Source: Nymphaea colorata
Lineage: Eukaryota
NCBI RefSeq assembly: GCF_008831285.2
Contig: NC_045138.2
Location: 10,354,001-10,418,000 of the forward strand
Direction: 5' to 3'
DNA: 64,000 nt
The position numbers were made by a program, and so were the translations under genes. Below are positions 35,116-46,799 of the stretch, piece by piece. The notes beneath the pieces are model-generated. The model was not told the origin of the DNA, did not search any database, and worked only from the letters and a program-made list of their open reading frames with translations. Each line of letters starts with the position of its first letter. Positions within the stretch are counted from its first letter, which is position 1.

Positions 35116-38100
35116 TGTTAAAGATTGTGAAAGAAGAGAACAAGAGGGAAAAGAGGAAAACGAGAGAAGAGGAAGAAGTTAATTTATTCATTGTCGACTA
35201 CACAATATATATAGTCTTTGATTTTGGTGATATACATAAAAACCTCTAATGTTGCCTAAGATCAAGGATTAGCTTTAGATAAGATCTTAAGAAGATTGAT
35301 CCACCTTATCCGCCTTATCTTGATAAGGCACATCTTTTCAACACTCCCCTTCAAGTTGACGCTCTCGGATTGCCAATCGCCAACTTGCTTCTCAGACTGT
35401 GGAATGCTTCTCGTCCCAAGGGCTTGGTAAACATGTCTGCAACTTGTTTAGTTGTGGGAACAAATTGAGTTTGGATGTCTCCATTCTGAATCTTATCTCT
35501 CACCACATGACAATTTATTTCGATGTGTTTTGTTCTCTCATGAAACACTGGATTGGCTGCAATATGCATTGCAGCTTGGTTGTCACAGAATAACGTCATG
35601 GGCTCTTTGTGGACGATCCCGAGATCTTTGAGTAAAGCCTTTAGCCAAATAAGCTCACATGTGGCGAGGGCCATAGACCTGTATTCTGCCTCTGCAGATG
35701 ATCTAGAGACTGTTGTTTGTTTCTTGGTTTTCCAAGTAATAGGACTATTCCCAATCATGGTGCAATATCCACTTGTAGATCTTCGTGTCATTGGACATGA
35801 AGCCCAATCTGAATCACAATATGCTTTGAGGTGAATCGGTCCCTTTGATGACAACATAACTCCATATCCAGCAGTTCCCTTCAGATATTTCAATAAACGG
35901 TTCATGGCTTCTTTATGCGGCACTCGTGGTTGACTCATAAATTGGCTCAAGATGTGGACTGTGTGAACAATGTCTGGCCTTGTTAAGGTCAGATATATTA
36001 GTTTCCCAATCACTTTTCTATAATGATTTGGATCTTTGAGGATGTCTCCCTTTTCATTGTCAAGCTTTATGTGTTGTTCCATAGGTGTCTCACATGGTTT
36101 TGCTCCCATGTACCCTGTCTCATGAAGTATGTTGAGGAGATATTTCTTTTGAGATAAGAAGATACCATCCTTTGAAGTAGCTAATTCTATGCCAAGAATA
36201 TATCTGAGTCTGCCTAAATCTTTCAACTTGAATCTTTTATTCATCATGTGCTTTAGGGAATTGATTGCATTCAAATCATCCCCTGTAATGATGATGTCAT
36301 CGACATACACTGCAACAAATGTTCGTCCTCTAGTGCCGATCTTGGAAAATAATGAGTAATCTGCTTTGGATTGAATATAGCCCATGTCTTTGAGAAAGGT
36401 AGCAAGTTTGGAAAACCAATTTCGAGAAGACTGTTTAAGCCCATATATAGACTTATTTAGGCGACATGTCATTCCTTCCTCCCCTTGTCGACTAAATCCA
36501 GGAGGTAATTGCATATAAACCTCTTCTTCTAGATCACCATGTAAGAAGGCGTTATTAACATCAACTTGAAACAAGTGCCACTTTTGAATAGCGGCAATAG
36601 TCAATAGACCTCGAATAGTAGAGATCTTGGCGACTGGAGCAAAAGTCTCATTGTAATCAATTCCTTCTGTTTGTGTATACCCTTTTGCGACTAAGCGGGC
36701 CTTGTATCGCTCGATAGAGCCATCAGATTGGTATTTGATTTTGAATACCCATTTGCAGCCTATGGGAACTTTGCCAGGAGGAAGTTTCGTCACAGTCCAG
36801 GTATGGTTGGCTTCTAATGCATCAATTTCAGCCTTCATAGCATCACGCCATCTAAGGTCCTGCATGGCTTGGGCAAAGGATGAAGGTTCACATTGCTCAA
36901 GGAGGGTAGACATGAAACACTTGTAGTTGGAATTGAAGTTAGTGATATCAAGACATTGTGCAATCGGGTAACGAGTACCTTTTGTGGGGCTTGTCCCTTC
37001 ACTCTTCAACAAATGGCTGAAACTGGGCAAGATTGAGAAACATTTGTAGTCCTTTAGATGAGTTGGTATATGCCTAGGTCGCATAGATCTGCGAAGCTGG
37101 ATTGAATCATTATGAGTAGGTTCGATGGATTGAGGAATGGGATCTGGGTTGGTCTCATCATCTAGAAGAGGTTTGCTTGGGCTTGAAAGAAACTCATGTT
37201 CTCCTGAGACATAATCATTGAATGGTAAAGGAAGAACCACTTGTTCATTGTCCCCAGTGTGCACTTCATTTTTATATGGAAAATGATTTTCACAAAATCT
37301 GATGTCTCTGCTGGTGAACAACGACCCACTTTCAAGATCATAAACCCTGTAAGCTGATTGACCATATGGATATCCAAGAAATATGCATCGCCTTCCCCTT
37401 AAGTCAAACTTGTGATCTTTATGAATATTGTAGGCATAACATAGACATCCAAAAACACGCATATGTTTGTAGTTTGGTGGGCGTTTGTATAAAACTTCAT
37501 ATGGAGTTTTATTATTTAATGCACTAGATGGTAACCTATTGATAATGTAAGCAGCAGTGGTGACACATTCTCCCCAAAATTTTATGGGTAGTTTAGCTTG
37601 AAAAATCAATGCTCGTGTCATGTTTAAGAGGTCTCGATGCTTGCGTTCGACCACACCATTTTGTTGAGGAGTCGCAACACAACTATGTTGACGATCAATG
37701 CCTTTTTCATGAAGAAAGTTATTCATCTCTTGTGAAAAGAATTCAGTTCCATTGTCACTTCTAAGAATTTTGGTTCTAGTTCGAAACTGGTTTTCAATAA
37801 GTGCGACAAAATTTTTAATGACTCCAAAAACTTCAGATTTATATCTCATAAGATAAATCCATGTAGATCGGGAAAAATCATCAACTATAGTTAGAAAATA
37901 TTGTGCACCAGTCAATGAAGGCGTGTGATAACTTCCCCACACATCACAATGAATTAAGTCAAAAGGAGCATGTGTTGAAATAGTACTGTTGGGAAAATGA
38001 AGTCTAGTGTTCTTAGCAACAAGGCAAATATCACATGTATCAACAGATCTACAAGTGTCAATAAGGTTCAAACGAGATAAAATAGAAAGTTTGGAATCAG

Positions 38101-40638
38101 AAGCATGCCCGAGCCGAAGATGCCATGGAGCAGATTTGGTGGTAGCTAAGTTTATGCTGAGATTTGTTTCATCTAGGACATACAATCCATTCTGCAATCT
38201 ACCCGTTCCAATCATAGTCGTCGAGTGACGGTCCTGCACCACACAAGAGTTCTCATTAAATTTTGCATCACATCTTAAATCACTACAGAGTTTAGGAATA
38301 GATATCAAGTTGAATGCAAAGCTAGGAACATAAAGAACATTTTTCAGTGTTATCTTAGGGCTCAAATGAATGTCACCTATATGGGTGACGTTGGCTTTGG
38401 ACCTATTTGGTAGACTGATAAGAGGGTGATTGGTGATGATGGGTTCATAAAGGTTGGAGATAACGTTAGTGATATGGTGGGTTGCACCGGTGTCAAGGAT
38501 CCATGATTGTTTAAGACATGAAATGGGCGAGGAGTATTTACCTGAGAGGTTAACTCTGGGTTCAATGGTACCTTGATTAGAGTTCTCCATGAAGTCAAGG
38601 AATTTTTTGAATAGTTGCTCATTGGGTTGATCGTTGGATGCAGTTCCTAGGGCAGCGTTAGCCTTTGGCTTTGTCAATGCATTAGAAGAACCAGACCTGT
38701 TAGGGAAACCAACAAGAAAATAACACTTAGCTTTGATGTGTCCAATTTTACCACAATGTTTGCATTTCATACGTGGTCTTCCTCTCTCCTTGGTCTGACT
38801 GTTTTTGTTTCTTTCATACATTTGTGGTGAAGGCTGCATTGCAAGAATAGAGACCTTTTCCTGAGCATGTACCATATTCACATCCCTTTGTTTCTCCTCC
38901 TGAATAAGAAGAGAATAAGCTTTGGCTATAGTAGGAAGCGGATCCATCAACAAGAGTTGGCTTCTAATGGCTGCATAGCTATCATTAAGGCCCATCAAGA
39001 ACTGCATAAGTTGATCTTGTTGGTGAAGATTCTCAATAGCCTTCATGGTACCACACGAACAATCAGGGATGTTAGCATAGAGGGCTAACTCATCCCATAA
39101 TCCCTTCATTCTTGTGTAATGAGCTGCAATAGACGATTGATTTTGCTTGCAATTCATTATCTGAAATTGTATTTGGTAAATGCGTGGGCCATTGGCTTGA
39201 GAAAATCGAGCCTCAAGATCACTCCAAATTTGGGCAGCAGTCTTGGCATGAATTACACTAGCCAAGATATCTTTATGGATGGAGTTTAAAATCCAAGATT
39301 GAACCAAGTTGTTGCATCTTTCCCACGTAATTTTGAGGAACATAGGACTGTTAGGCTTGGCGATGGATCCGTCGACAAATCCTAACTTGTTTTTGGCGGA
39401 AAGGGCCATTGTCATGGCCTTCCTCCACATCATATAGTTATCTCCTGTCAAGACATTAGAGACTAAAGGGGTACCTGGTCCATCAGAATGATGAACATAA
39501 TATGGGCTTCCTGTACTAATGTCGTCATCTTTGCGTTCCTTTAGAATGACCTCTCCCCTTTCTGCCATCTTCCCCAAACCTGTGAGGTTCTCTGCAGTCG
39601 CAGCTATCGTTGCCACAGCAACAGCGATGCAGCAACAGCAATGCGGGTCGCCTGCACCTCAAGCCGGAGAAACTCAGAAGTCACCGAGTGTTGCAGAACA
39701 GAAACCAGAACATCACTTTTCTGTTCAGAAGAAAGAATTCTGGAACAACATGTTTTTTTGATTGAAAAGTGGAACAGGACTCTCCGCTAGAAGGCGCTGC
39801 AATAGGAGGCCTGCAGCAGAACAGGGAACCGCCAGAAGAAACTTCAATTCCGGCCGGCTCAGGATCCAGCACGGTCGCCTTAGGCTGGAGTGTCAGTCTG
39901 AGCGCCAAGAACGCCGTCGATCGCTGGAATTGTCGCTAGCGATTGATGAAGCTACTAACGCCCAAACAGGCAATAACAAGACAGGAGGCCAGAAATCGGG
40001 CTATTCCGGCGGGTACCGACCACCACACAGGTCAAGCTCATGTCTGTTGGAACCGCCACTCACCGGAGACATTGCTTGAGCAATTTCATGGCGAATGAAC
40101 TCTAGTGAAAACAGCGGCAAGCAGATGATCGGAGGGCGGAAGTCTGGTTTTGCCCCTGTTCAGTCGCACAGGAAGAAGGATGCCCAAGTTTCCTCGATTC
40201 CTGCCTGCTCAGGCGTTGGTTCCAGTCGAACGACCCAAGGATGCCCTTTGGGCACTATGAAGGGGAATGATCACCGAAGTATACAACGCTCTGGCCTGTG
40301 ACGATGGCTGGGATTACCTCTGGCCTGTGACGATCCCTTGGTCTGTCAGATTGGAAATTTCTGCAAAGACAGCATATGCCATTGCTCATCTTTACTCTGC
40401 TCTGATACCATGTTAAAGATTGTGAAAGAAGAGAACAAGAGGGAAAAGAGGAAAACGAGAGAAGAGGAAGAAGTTAATTTATTCATTGTCGACTACACAA
40501 TATATATAGTCTTAGATTTTGGTGATATACATAAAAACCTCTAATGTTGCCTAAGATCAAGGATTAGCTTTAGATAAGATCTTAAGAAGATTGATCCACC
40601 TTATCTGCCTTATCTTGATAAGGCACATCTTTTCAACA
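35116..40638 (-). mobile_element. Structurally intact Ty1/copia retrotransposon (Ale-like)
   Basis: 228-bp LTRs 35116-35343 and 40411-40638, with 2 differences seen. PBS TGGTATCAGAGC (40399-40410). PPT TTGAAGGGGAG. Perfect TSD GAGGA. One uninterrupted ORF. Confidence 0.97.
35351..39616 (-). CDS. Copia gag-pol polyprotein (~1421 aa; true start codon uncertain)
   Basis: Gag SPYYVHHSD.PG...DNY..W, knuckle CKHCGKIGH, protease WILDTGAT, integrase HHCC + IHCDVWG/RSDNGTEF/VVERKHR, RT YVDD, RNase H CDSDWA/AEAEYR/CDNQ/VADMFTK. Confidence 0.96.
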   Translation of the reverse strand: MATIAATAENLTGLGKMAERGEVILKERKDDDISTGSPYYVHHSDGPGTPLVSNVLTGDNYMMWRKAMTMALSAKNKLGFVDGSIAKPNSPMFLKITWERCNNLVQSWILNSIHKDILASVIHAKTAAQIWSDLEARFSQANGPRIYQIQFQIMNCKQNQSSIAAHYTRMKGLWDELALYANIPDCSCGTMKAIENLHQQDQLMQFLMGLNDSYAAIRSQLLLMDPLPTIAKAYSLLIQEEKQRDVNMVHAQEKVSILAMQPSPQMYERNKNSQTKERGRPRMKCKHCGKIGHIKAKCYFLVGFPNRSGSSNALTKPKANAALGTASNDQPNEQLFKKFLDFMENSNQGTIEPRVNLSGKYSSPISCLKQSWILDTGATHHITNVISNLYEPIITNHPLISLPNRSKANVTHIGDIHLSPKITLKNVLYVPSFAFNLISIPKLCSDLRCDAKFNENSCVVQDRHSTTMIGTGRLQNGLYVLDETNLSINLATTKSAPWHLRLGHASDSKLSILSRLNLIDTCRSVDTCDICLVAKNTRLHFPNSTISTHAPFDLIHCDVWGSYHTPSLTGAQYFLTIVDDFSRSTWIYLMRYKSEVFGVIKNFVALIENQFRTRTKILRSDNGTEFFSQEMNNFLHEKGIDRQHSCVATPQQNGVVERKHRDLLNMTRALIFQAKLPIKFWGECVTTAAYIINRLPSSALNNKTPYEVLYKRPPNYKHMRVFGCLCYAYNIHKDHKFDLRGRRCIFLGYPYGQSAYRVYDLESGSLFTSRDIRFCENHFPYKNEVHTGDNEQVVLPLPFNDYVSGEHEFLSSPSKPLLDDETNPDPIPQSIEPTHNDSIQLRRSMRPRHIPTHLKDYKCFSILPSFSHLLKSEGTSPTKGTRYPIAQCLDITNFNSNYKCFMSTLLEQCEPSSFAQAMQDLRWRDAMKAEIDALEANHTWTVTKLPPGKVPIGCKWVFKIKYQSDGSIERYKARLVAKGYTQTEGIDYNETFAPVAKISTIRGLLTIAAIQKWHLFQVDVNNAFLHGDLEEEVYMQLPPGFSRQGEEGMTCRLNKSIYGLKQSSRNWFSKLATFLKDMGYIQSKADYSLFSKIGTRGRTFVAVYVDDIIITGDDLNAINSLKHMMNKRFKLKDLGRLRYILGIELATSKDGIFLSQKKYLLNILHETGYMGAKPCETPMEQHIKLDNEKGDILKDPNHYRKVIGKLIYLTLTRPDIVHTVHILSQFMSQPRVPHKEAMNRLLKYLKGTAGYGVMLSSKGPIHLKAYCDSDWASCPMTRRSTSGYCTMIGNSPITWKTKKQTTVSRSSAEAEYRSMALATCELIWLKALLKDLGIVHKEPMTLFCDNQAAMHIAANPVFHERTKHIEINCHVVRDKIQNGDIQTQFVPTTKQVADMFTKPLGREAFHSLRSKLAIGNPRAST

Positions 40639-42223
40639 GAGGAAGGAAGGAAAACTCCTATCAGATTATACTAAACAGATGTGCAATCACGGTCTATTGA
40701 ACTCTTGGCCTCCTTCATTCTCTAACAGACCAATAAATAGGCGCACTTCGTAAGGCTGGTGCTAACCATAGGGTTTTGGAAAGCAGCATTTTATCAACCT
40801 TTCAAAAATGAAGATGGAAGTTATAAAAGGGGAAAAAATGCAAACCTCGTAAGATTCCCCTCTGGATAGAAAAAGAAAACCAGAAACAATTAAGAATTGA
40901 CAAATCTTCAGGGTCGACCAGAAAAGTCGACAGTGATTCCGGCGAAAACCCCCGTGAAACCTACAGATGAATCAACAAACTCATCAGCAGAGGATAGATC
41001 ATGACAAGTGCTTAAAGCCTGCATTTAAGCCAAGTTCTTATCCAAAAACCGATCTCAAACTTAGAAGAAGGAAATAAAAGGAGACTGAGGACTCTTACCA
41101 GCACACGAAAACCTCATGCCTACCATCTCTTACCGGAAAACTTGGATTGACCTTCTGGACGGCCAAGTCAGCGCTCAGCAAGCATGTAACAGACTCATCT
41201 TCCTCTTCCTCCCCTCTGAGACCTTGGCCTTCGCTCCTAGAAAATCCACGCCCGCTCAAAAATTATTAGTAGGATCGATTTTGTTTTCCCGCGGAAAAGG
41301 AACTAAGGCTACCTATAGCGGCGATAGGGTCGGGAAAGTAGTTTTATCTACACTCGTGACTTCTTCACTGATATAGACCGGCCATCACCCTGGACATGAT
41401 TCGTGCCCGCTAATGACACCCCACTATATCACTTTTTTTTTTCTTTTTCTTTTTTTTTTCAGTGATTATTGCAACTACCGAGCTGCCCATCTTTTTAACC
41501 TAGCGATTGTTTGTTCTAATAAACGATGAGTCGATCTAAAATTGCTTATTGACTCACTTTGTTATTATGAACATAGGATTCAAGTCAAAGCCTTGAAGCT
41601 TCAAAATTTTATGTATCAAAGTACCACCTATATAAATTGTTTCGATTTGTAAACTGGATAAAGGCTATACCTTTAAGTGTAAAAACTCACACCGTCCTCG
41701 TTTGGTCATTCCAGGTGAAAGTTTTCCTCCTTTCCCACTAGCTCCCACAAAGCAACAAGTTTTTTTATGGCTGTAGTAAAGATGAAGGTTTGGATTATGT
41801 TGCCACCCCTACATAATGCATTGTTATTGGAATACAATTTGCTTCTTTTAGCTTCTTCATGGATGAACCTTTTTGTTCTTAAAAAAAAAGAGTTGCATCA
41901 TATTTTGCCTAAATATATGTTTTGGTTGTTGCTAGTACTATAATAGGCTACAAGGTTTTAGTGTTCAAAGAATAGGTTGTTTATGCTTATGCATAGATGG
42001 CGAGATTCTATAACATATATTTTGACTATCCCACTTCGTGATATTCACAATGTCAGTGAGGAACAAAAAAAGAGTATTTTTCTAGATTTCGTATTTGCTT
42101 TTGAACATTTCTACTAATGCCGAAGCATGATGCAATATGGTAACTACATTCAGGCTAGAGACCTATAAATGGACTTGAATCCATTGAATCTTCAATCTTG
42201 CCTTTCTATTTTTGCATCCTTAT

Positions 42224-42866
42224 ATATATCCTTGATGGAAATTGAGATCCATTATTATCTATAAATAAAGTATAATGCATATGATCAATTATTTTAGAAA
42301 TTCAACATGTATTTGATTTCTTTCTTGGGTTGGGTTTGAGAATATTAGTTGAAATCCATTTGTTTGGTGCAGTGATTTCACAACACAAAGGTTTCAAGCA
42401 AACTCTTTTTTCTTCTTCTCTTATCTATCATAACATTCTCTCAAATATCTCTTTTTTTAGATGAATGATCAGTGGGGATGGCTCTCTTCTAGTACTGAAT
42501 AGAAGAAAAAACACAAAGAATGATAAACAAAACAAACAACCAATAGACAAAACATCAACTCAAAAAGGACACATACCAATGATCAAGAGTCAGCACTCTC
42601 AATGAACAGACATATCATTGCCCCAGATAGTATGCCATTGAAAATGTATACCTTCCTGAACATATCAACACCAACAATAAGAGACAAAATGATCAACCAA
42701 GAACGTGTCAACCATATACTCCATCTCTTCTACCTTTCATTATTCGCATTGCTCTTAACTTGCCCTATGGGGCAGCAAATTTTAGACAGAAGCCATAGCC
42801 TTGTATCATCTCTTACCATATCCAACCACTCAAATTGAGAATCACCATAATATAGATCTATTACAC
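42224..42866 (+). repeat. Second copy of the 645-bp duplication (LINE 3' end plus flank)
   Basis: Matches 26799-27445, and here continues into the LINE remnant. Confidence 0.93.
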
Positions 42867-45781
42867 TTTCCCTTGCATTGCCTTAGCACATTTCAATATA
42901 CTTACATTTATGACCTGCTTCACTCATGTATCCAAAACTTTCCAAAGTACAACATCAAAGCAAACAATCTGGCAGATATAACATTCCTTTCTTAGAAAAT
43001 ACGTTCTAATCTAGCATTGTATTTTGGGCAAAAGTCACTGACATGGATCCTTGGCTAACCAAGACATGACACCACCATCCACCAAATTTCTTTCACATAA
43101 AAGCATTAAAATAGGATTTAGTTTTGGTCCTCAATAGCTTTCATGTACAAGCTACATCTAGATGCCAGAATAACATCAAGTCTTTGAGACTTAGTGCCTA
43201 AATGTAATTGGTTAAAGATTGCTATATACATGATCGAACAAGCCCTAGGAATGGACTTCAAAAGCCAATTATATTTCCTCCATTTAGCCTGAGTTCCTTT
43301 GGGTCATATTCTCTACCAAGTCATTTTCCTTGAATCCATACAACGACCATCCACCTTCCAACAAAGAAGTCTTTACCAGAAAAAAAAATTCTGACATAAT
43401 GTCCACCTACGCCGGGGTTAGTCTTATATATATATGGACACATGAAGACAAACATATGAACAAAGGTCAGGTTCAATGTTTACATACAAAAATTATAAAA
43501 TGTAGTTAATAAGAGAGCCACCATTCTAGGGATCAATCTATAACTTATCAAGATTCCTAGAAATAAGCTTCCAACCCACATTCTTAGGAGGTCTCCATGA
43601 GCTTTCACTATTCCTTTCCAAATAGGAGAAGCCTTGGATCTTATCCTTAAAACCCAAGCACTCCTTCTGCAGAGAAATTTATCTTTGCAGCATTTAGCCC
43701 AAAGGCTAGCACTAATAAGATATAAACACCCCAAATAGCACAGAAAAATACAGTTTCATAACATCAATGTTGCCCTCTAAACTCAATAGAGATAACACAT
43801 TGCAAGCCTTGAGATGGTTTTCATGGTTCAAATTATAATCTATTCAGAAAAATTTGAAAAAAATATCTTCCATCGGTTCGCAAAACAAAGGGGAATATTT
43901 CAGCACCATTAACCATTCTAAGTTGGGATGCCCACTAGAACTAATTTAAGTAGTGTAGGCGAGCAATTTACCCATCAAAGATATATTGAAATTATTTGGG
44001 AACTTGAGAATGTAGTACCCTACCCCTATGGTTCAACATACCCAAATATCAGGTTCTAACATAACCTAAGGACTAACCAACATAATTCATTATTTCCTTA
44101 ATCTTTCTCTCCTCCAGATTGAACATAACAATTAGAAATCTCTCAACATTTACTTTAATGCCTACATTAAACTCAACCTCTCAAAGAGAAGAATAAATAT
44201 TTGACAATGATCTCAAGAATTCTTTTGAAAATAGAACCACACCATCATAATACATTATCATTTGAAGGCCCTGTTCCCTTGCTGCAGTACCTATATTTCT
44301 CTCCAACCAAAAATTGATATTTCATGAAAAAAATATATATTACAACAATTAAAAACAAAAAAAGGGGACAAAGGTTCACTCTGACATAATCCATGGTCAC
44401 TCTCAACAAAATATGCTCTCCTTGATTCAAAATCATTTTCAAAATTACCCACCTATTATTAAAATCTAAGTAGACAAGTGTCATAGCCAAACAATCCTAA
44501 TTTACTCTAAGCTTTTGCAGATCGATCTTGATACCAAGGCTGGTCGCCTTATTAAGAGACACAAAATGGATCTTCTCATATGAGTGGAGAAAACACACAT
44601 GAATATTCCTTCATTCCAGAAATACTCTTTCTAATAACAATATTCTATTGAGAATATTTCTATGTGACTCACCATTATCTTGAAAATAAACTTAAAAAAT
44701 GCTCTGTATAAGGAAATAGAATTGAAATCACTTATACGAACCCCCTCTTTTTAAGCATAATACCTTTCTTAAAGAACCCCCTCTTTCTAAGCATATTATC
44801 TTCCTTAAAGAAGTCCTTCATAGCCATTGATACCTCTGGTTTGACAATATGGTTAAAGAATCAATTGACACATCTATTGGGCCTAAAGAGTCATCAGAGA
44901 TGACCTCCATCACTACCAAATGAACCCACTCATCAAAGATGGGCTTCAAAAGACCTTCATATTCTTCATCTGTCCTCCTAGTACCATCTAGCCACTAATA
45001 AGAAAGTAGACAAATGGAAGAATCATTGGCAAAGAAGGCTCTAATTTCTAAACCAATTACTACTGTTTAAACATACCTAAAAAGAGTCATCAATTCACTG
45101 TCCTTTGTGGCTGCGAATGTAATATGATTTCTCATTATTTGTTACTTAACATGTATGTGAAAATTGACATTATTCCCATCCTCCTCTTTCAACTAGTACA
45201 ATCTAGGTTTCTGCAAAACTTTTTTTTTTTTTACAAAAAAAAAAAAGTGACCACAAGATCATAATGAATATGTGCATCCTTACACATCCAATCATCAGAA
45301 TTATGTCTATCTTAGAATCTAGTTCATCTAGTTAACTTTGATTGATCCAAATATCAATTCTGCTAGCAATATTCTTATTCCAGTGGCTTAGAGTAGATAC
45401 GGCGTTATGCAACCTCTTCATCAATCACAACATAGGACATTCTTTAATTCTATTCCTCAGGCTTTTAAAATGACTTCTTTGCCAGGTGGTTAAAAGAACA
45501 AAAACTCCACAACCAGATTTATTATAATCTCCAAGAGTCTTAAAAAGCTAGACCTGCATAATCTGATGCTGTCCTTATAATCACCAACAAACTGTCGTAG
45601 CTTCCACTTCATCTAGCCATTTTTATTAATAATAGCTATCTATTTTGCTTTGAACTAGAAAGCTAGCTTTGTAGTGATTAGACCAAGTAAACATCCTTTC
45701 ACCTCTTTTAACCCTAAATTGATTGCAAGCACTAAAAAAAATCACATAAGTGTGCAATTTTGGTGGTCTCACCAACTTTTA

Positions 45782-45836
<55 letters not shown>

Positions 45837-46200
45837 GTGTGTGTGTGTAGAGACATAGAGAGAGAGAGAGATGAACTTCATTCGCTAGATTAGAACACCA
45901 TAAGGATATCAAACTATCAAAGTCCTATTAGTACCTCAAAATGAATAGGCAAGTCAGCATCATTTTGCACAATAAGGTGGAACCGTCTGGATCTTAGTTA
46001 TATCTCGTGGTCATCCGTAAAAGCAGAGCAGGTGCTTTAACGTGCCCTTCCAATTTCATTTATTCAAAGCTACTTCCATTATCACAAGCCTATTTTTTGG
46101 AGGTTTGAGGGTCATCCTTTTCCACCACAAGGGTTCTGGTTAGTCGATTGGAAGCGTAACAATGTGAAGGAAAAAGGTAGTTAGAAGATTGATAAAAAAA
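42500..46200 (-). pseudogene. Decayed L1-like LINE ORF2
   Basis: GIKIDLQK (~44520-44545), HGLCQSEPLSPF (~44360-44400; cf. RGLRQGDPLSP), LWAK...KASPIWKGIVK (~43600-43710). Many stops. Boundaries approximate. Confidence 0.7.
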
Positions 46201-46799
46201 GCAAGAGGGTAAAATGTTTTTGCTGATGTCCAAAGGTACAATATTCTGCATGGTTGTTGGGGAATGGGAAAACACTATCTTGCATGATTTCAGCATTGAC
46301 ACAATAAGTGGTACCGAACACTATTATTTTATGTAGAAAATTTGTTTTTCTTGAAACATGGTTGAGGTGTGTTATCAAAAGCACCAAGGACAGAATAGGT
46401 GGGAAGTTCATCCTAGAGCCTGGGTAGGCTAGGTGCTCATTAAGTTGTGCACCCCTAGAAAAAGGAAGCCAACAAAATGTGATGCAAATTGTCAAAATGA
46501 ACAGTGGAAGTGAAACATTCTCAATCAAAACCCTAGTTAACTTCCAACTTATAACAATAGAACCAATCAAATGCATGATCCAATAACTAGACATTCCATA
46601 ACATGAGAATAAACATAATTAAGAGTTTGAAAAATCAAAACTAAAAATTGAAACATTAAATTTTAATGCCTTAATGGTTATGAAGCATAAAAGGAGCAAC
46701 TTTACTATTTAACATCAATAATTTTCATTGGTGTAGAACATGCAAAAATTTAAAATAAAACTAAATATGTTCTTTTAGATCAGATGTTAAGCATCATCT

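Larger units (their letters stand above)
19794..41464 (-). mobile_element. Probable CACTA (En/Spm) element, ~21.7 kb with nested insertions; right boundary tentative
   Basis: Left terminus CACTAGAGAAAAAC at 19794 cuts the LINE RT. TnpA- and TnpD-like remnants lie inside. Candidate right end ...TTTTTTTCAGTG at 41464 with subterminal-like motifs. The 3-bp TSDs do not match (TTG vs ATT). Confidence 0.55.

Noticed and set aside
39519..40301. Antisense ORFs in the copia leader as an extra gene
   Set aside because: Short ORFs in GC-rich sequence with no recognisable domain. No evidence for an env-like or accessory gene.
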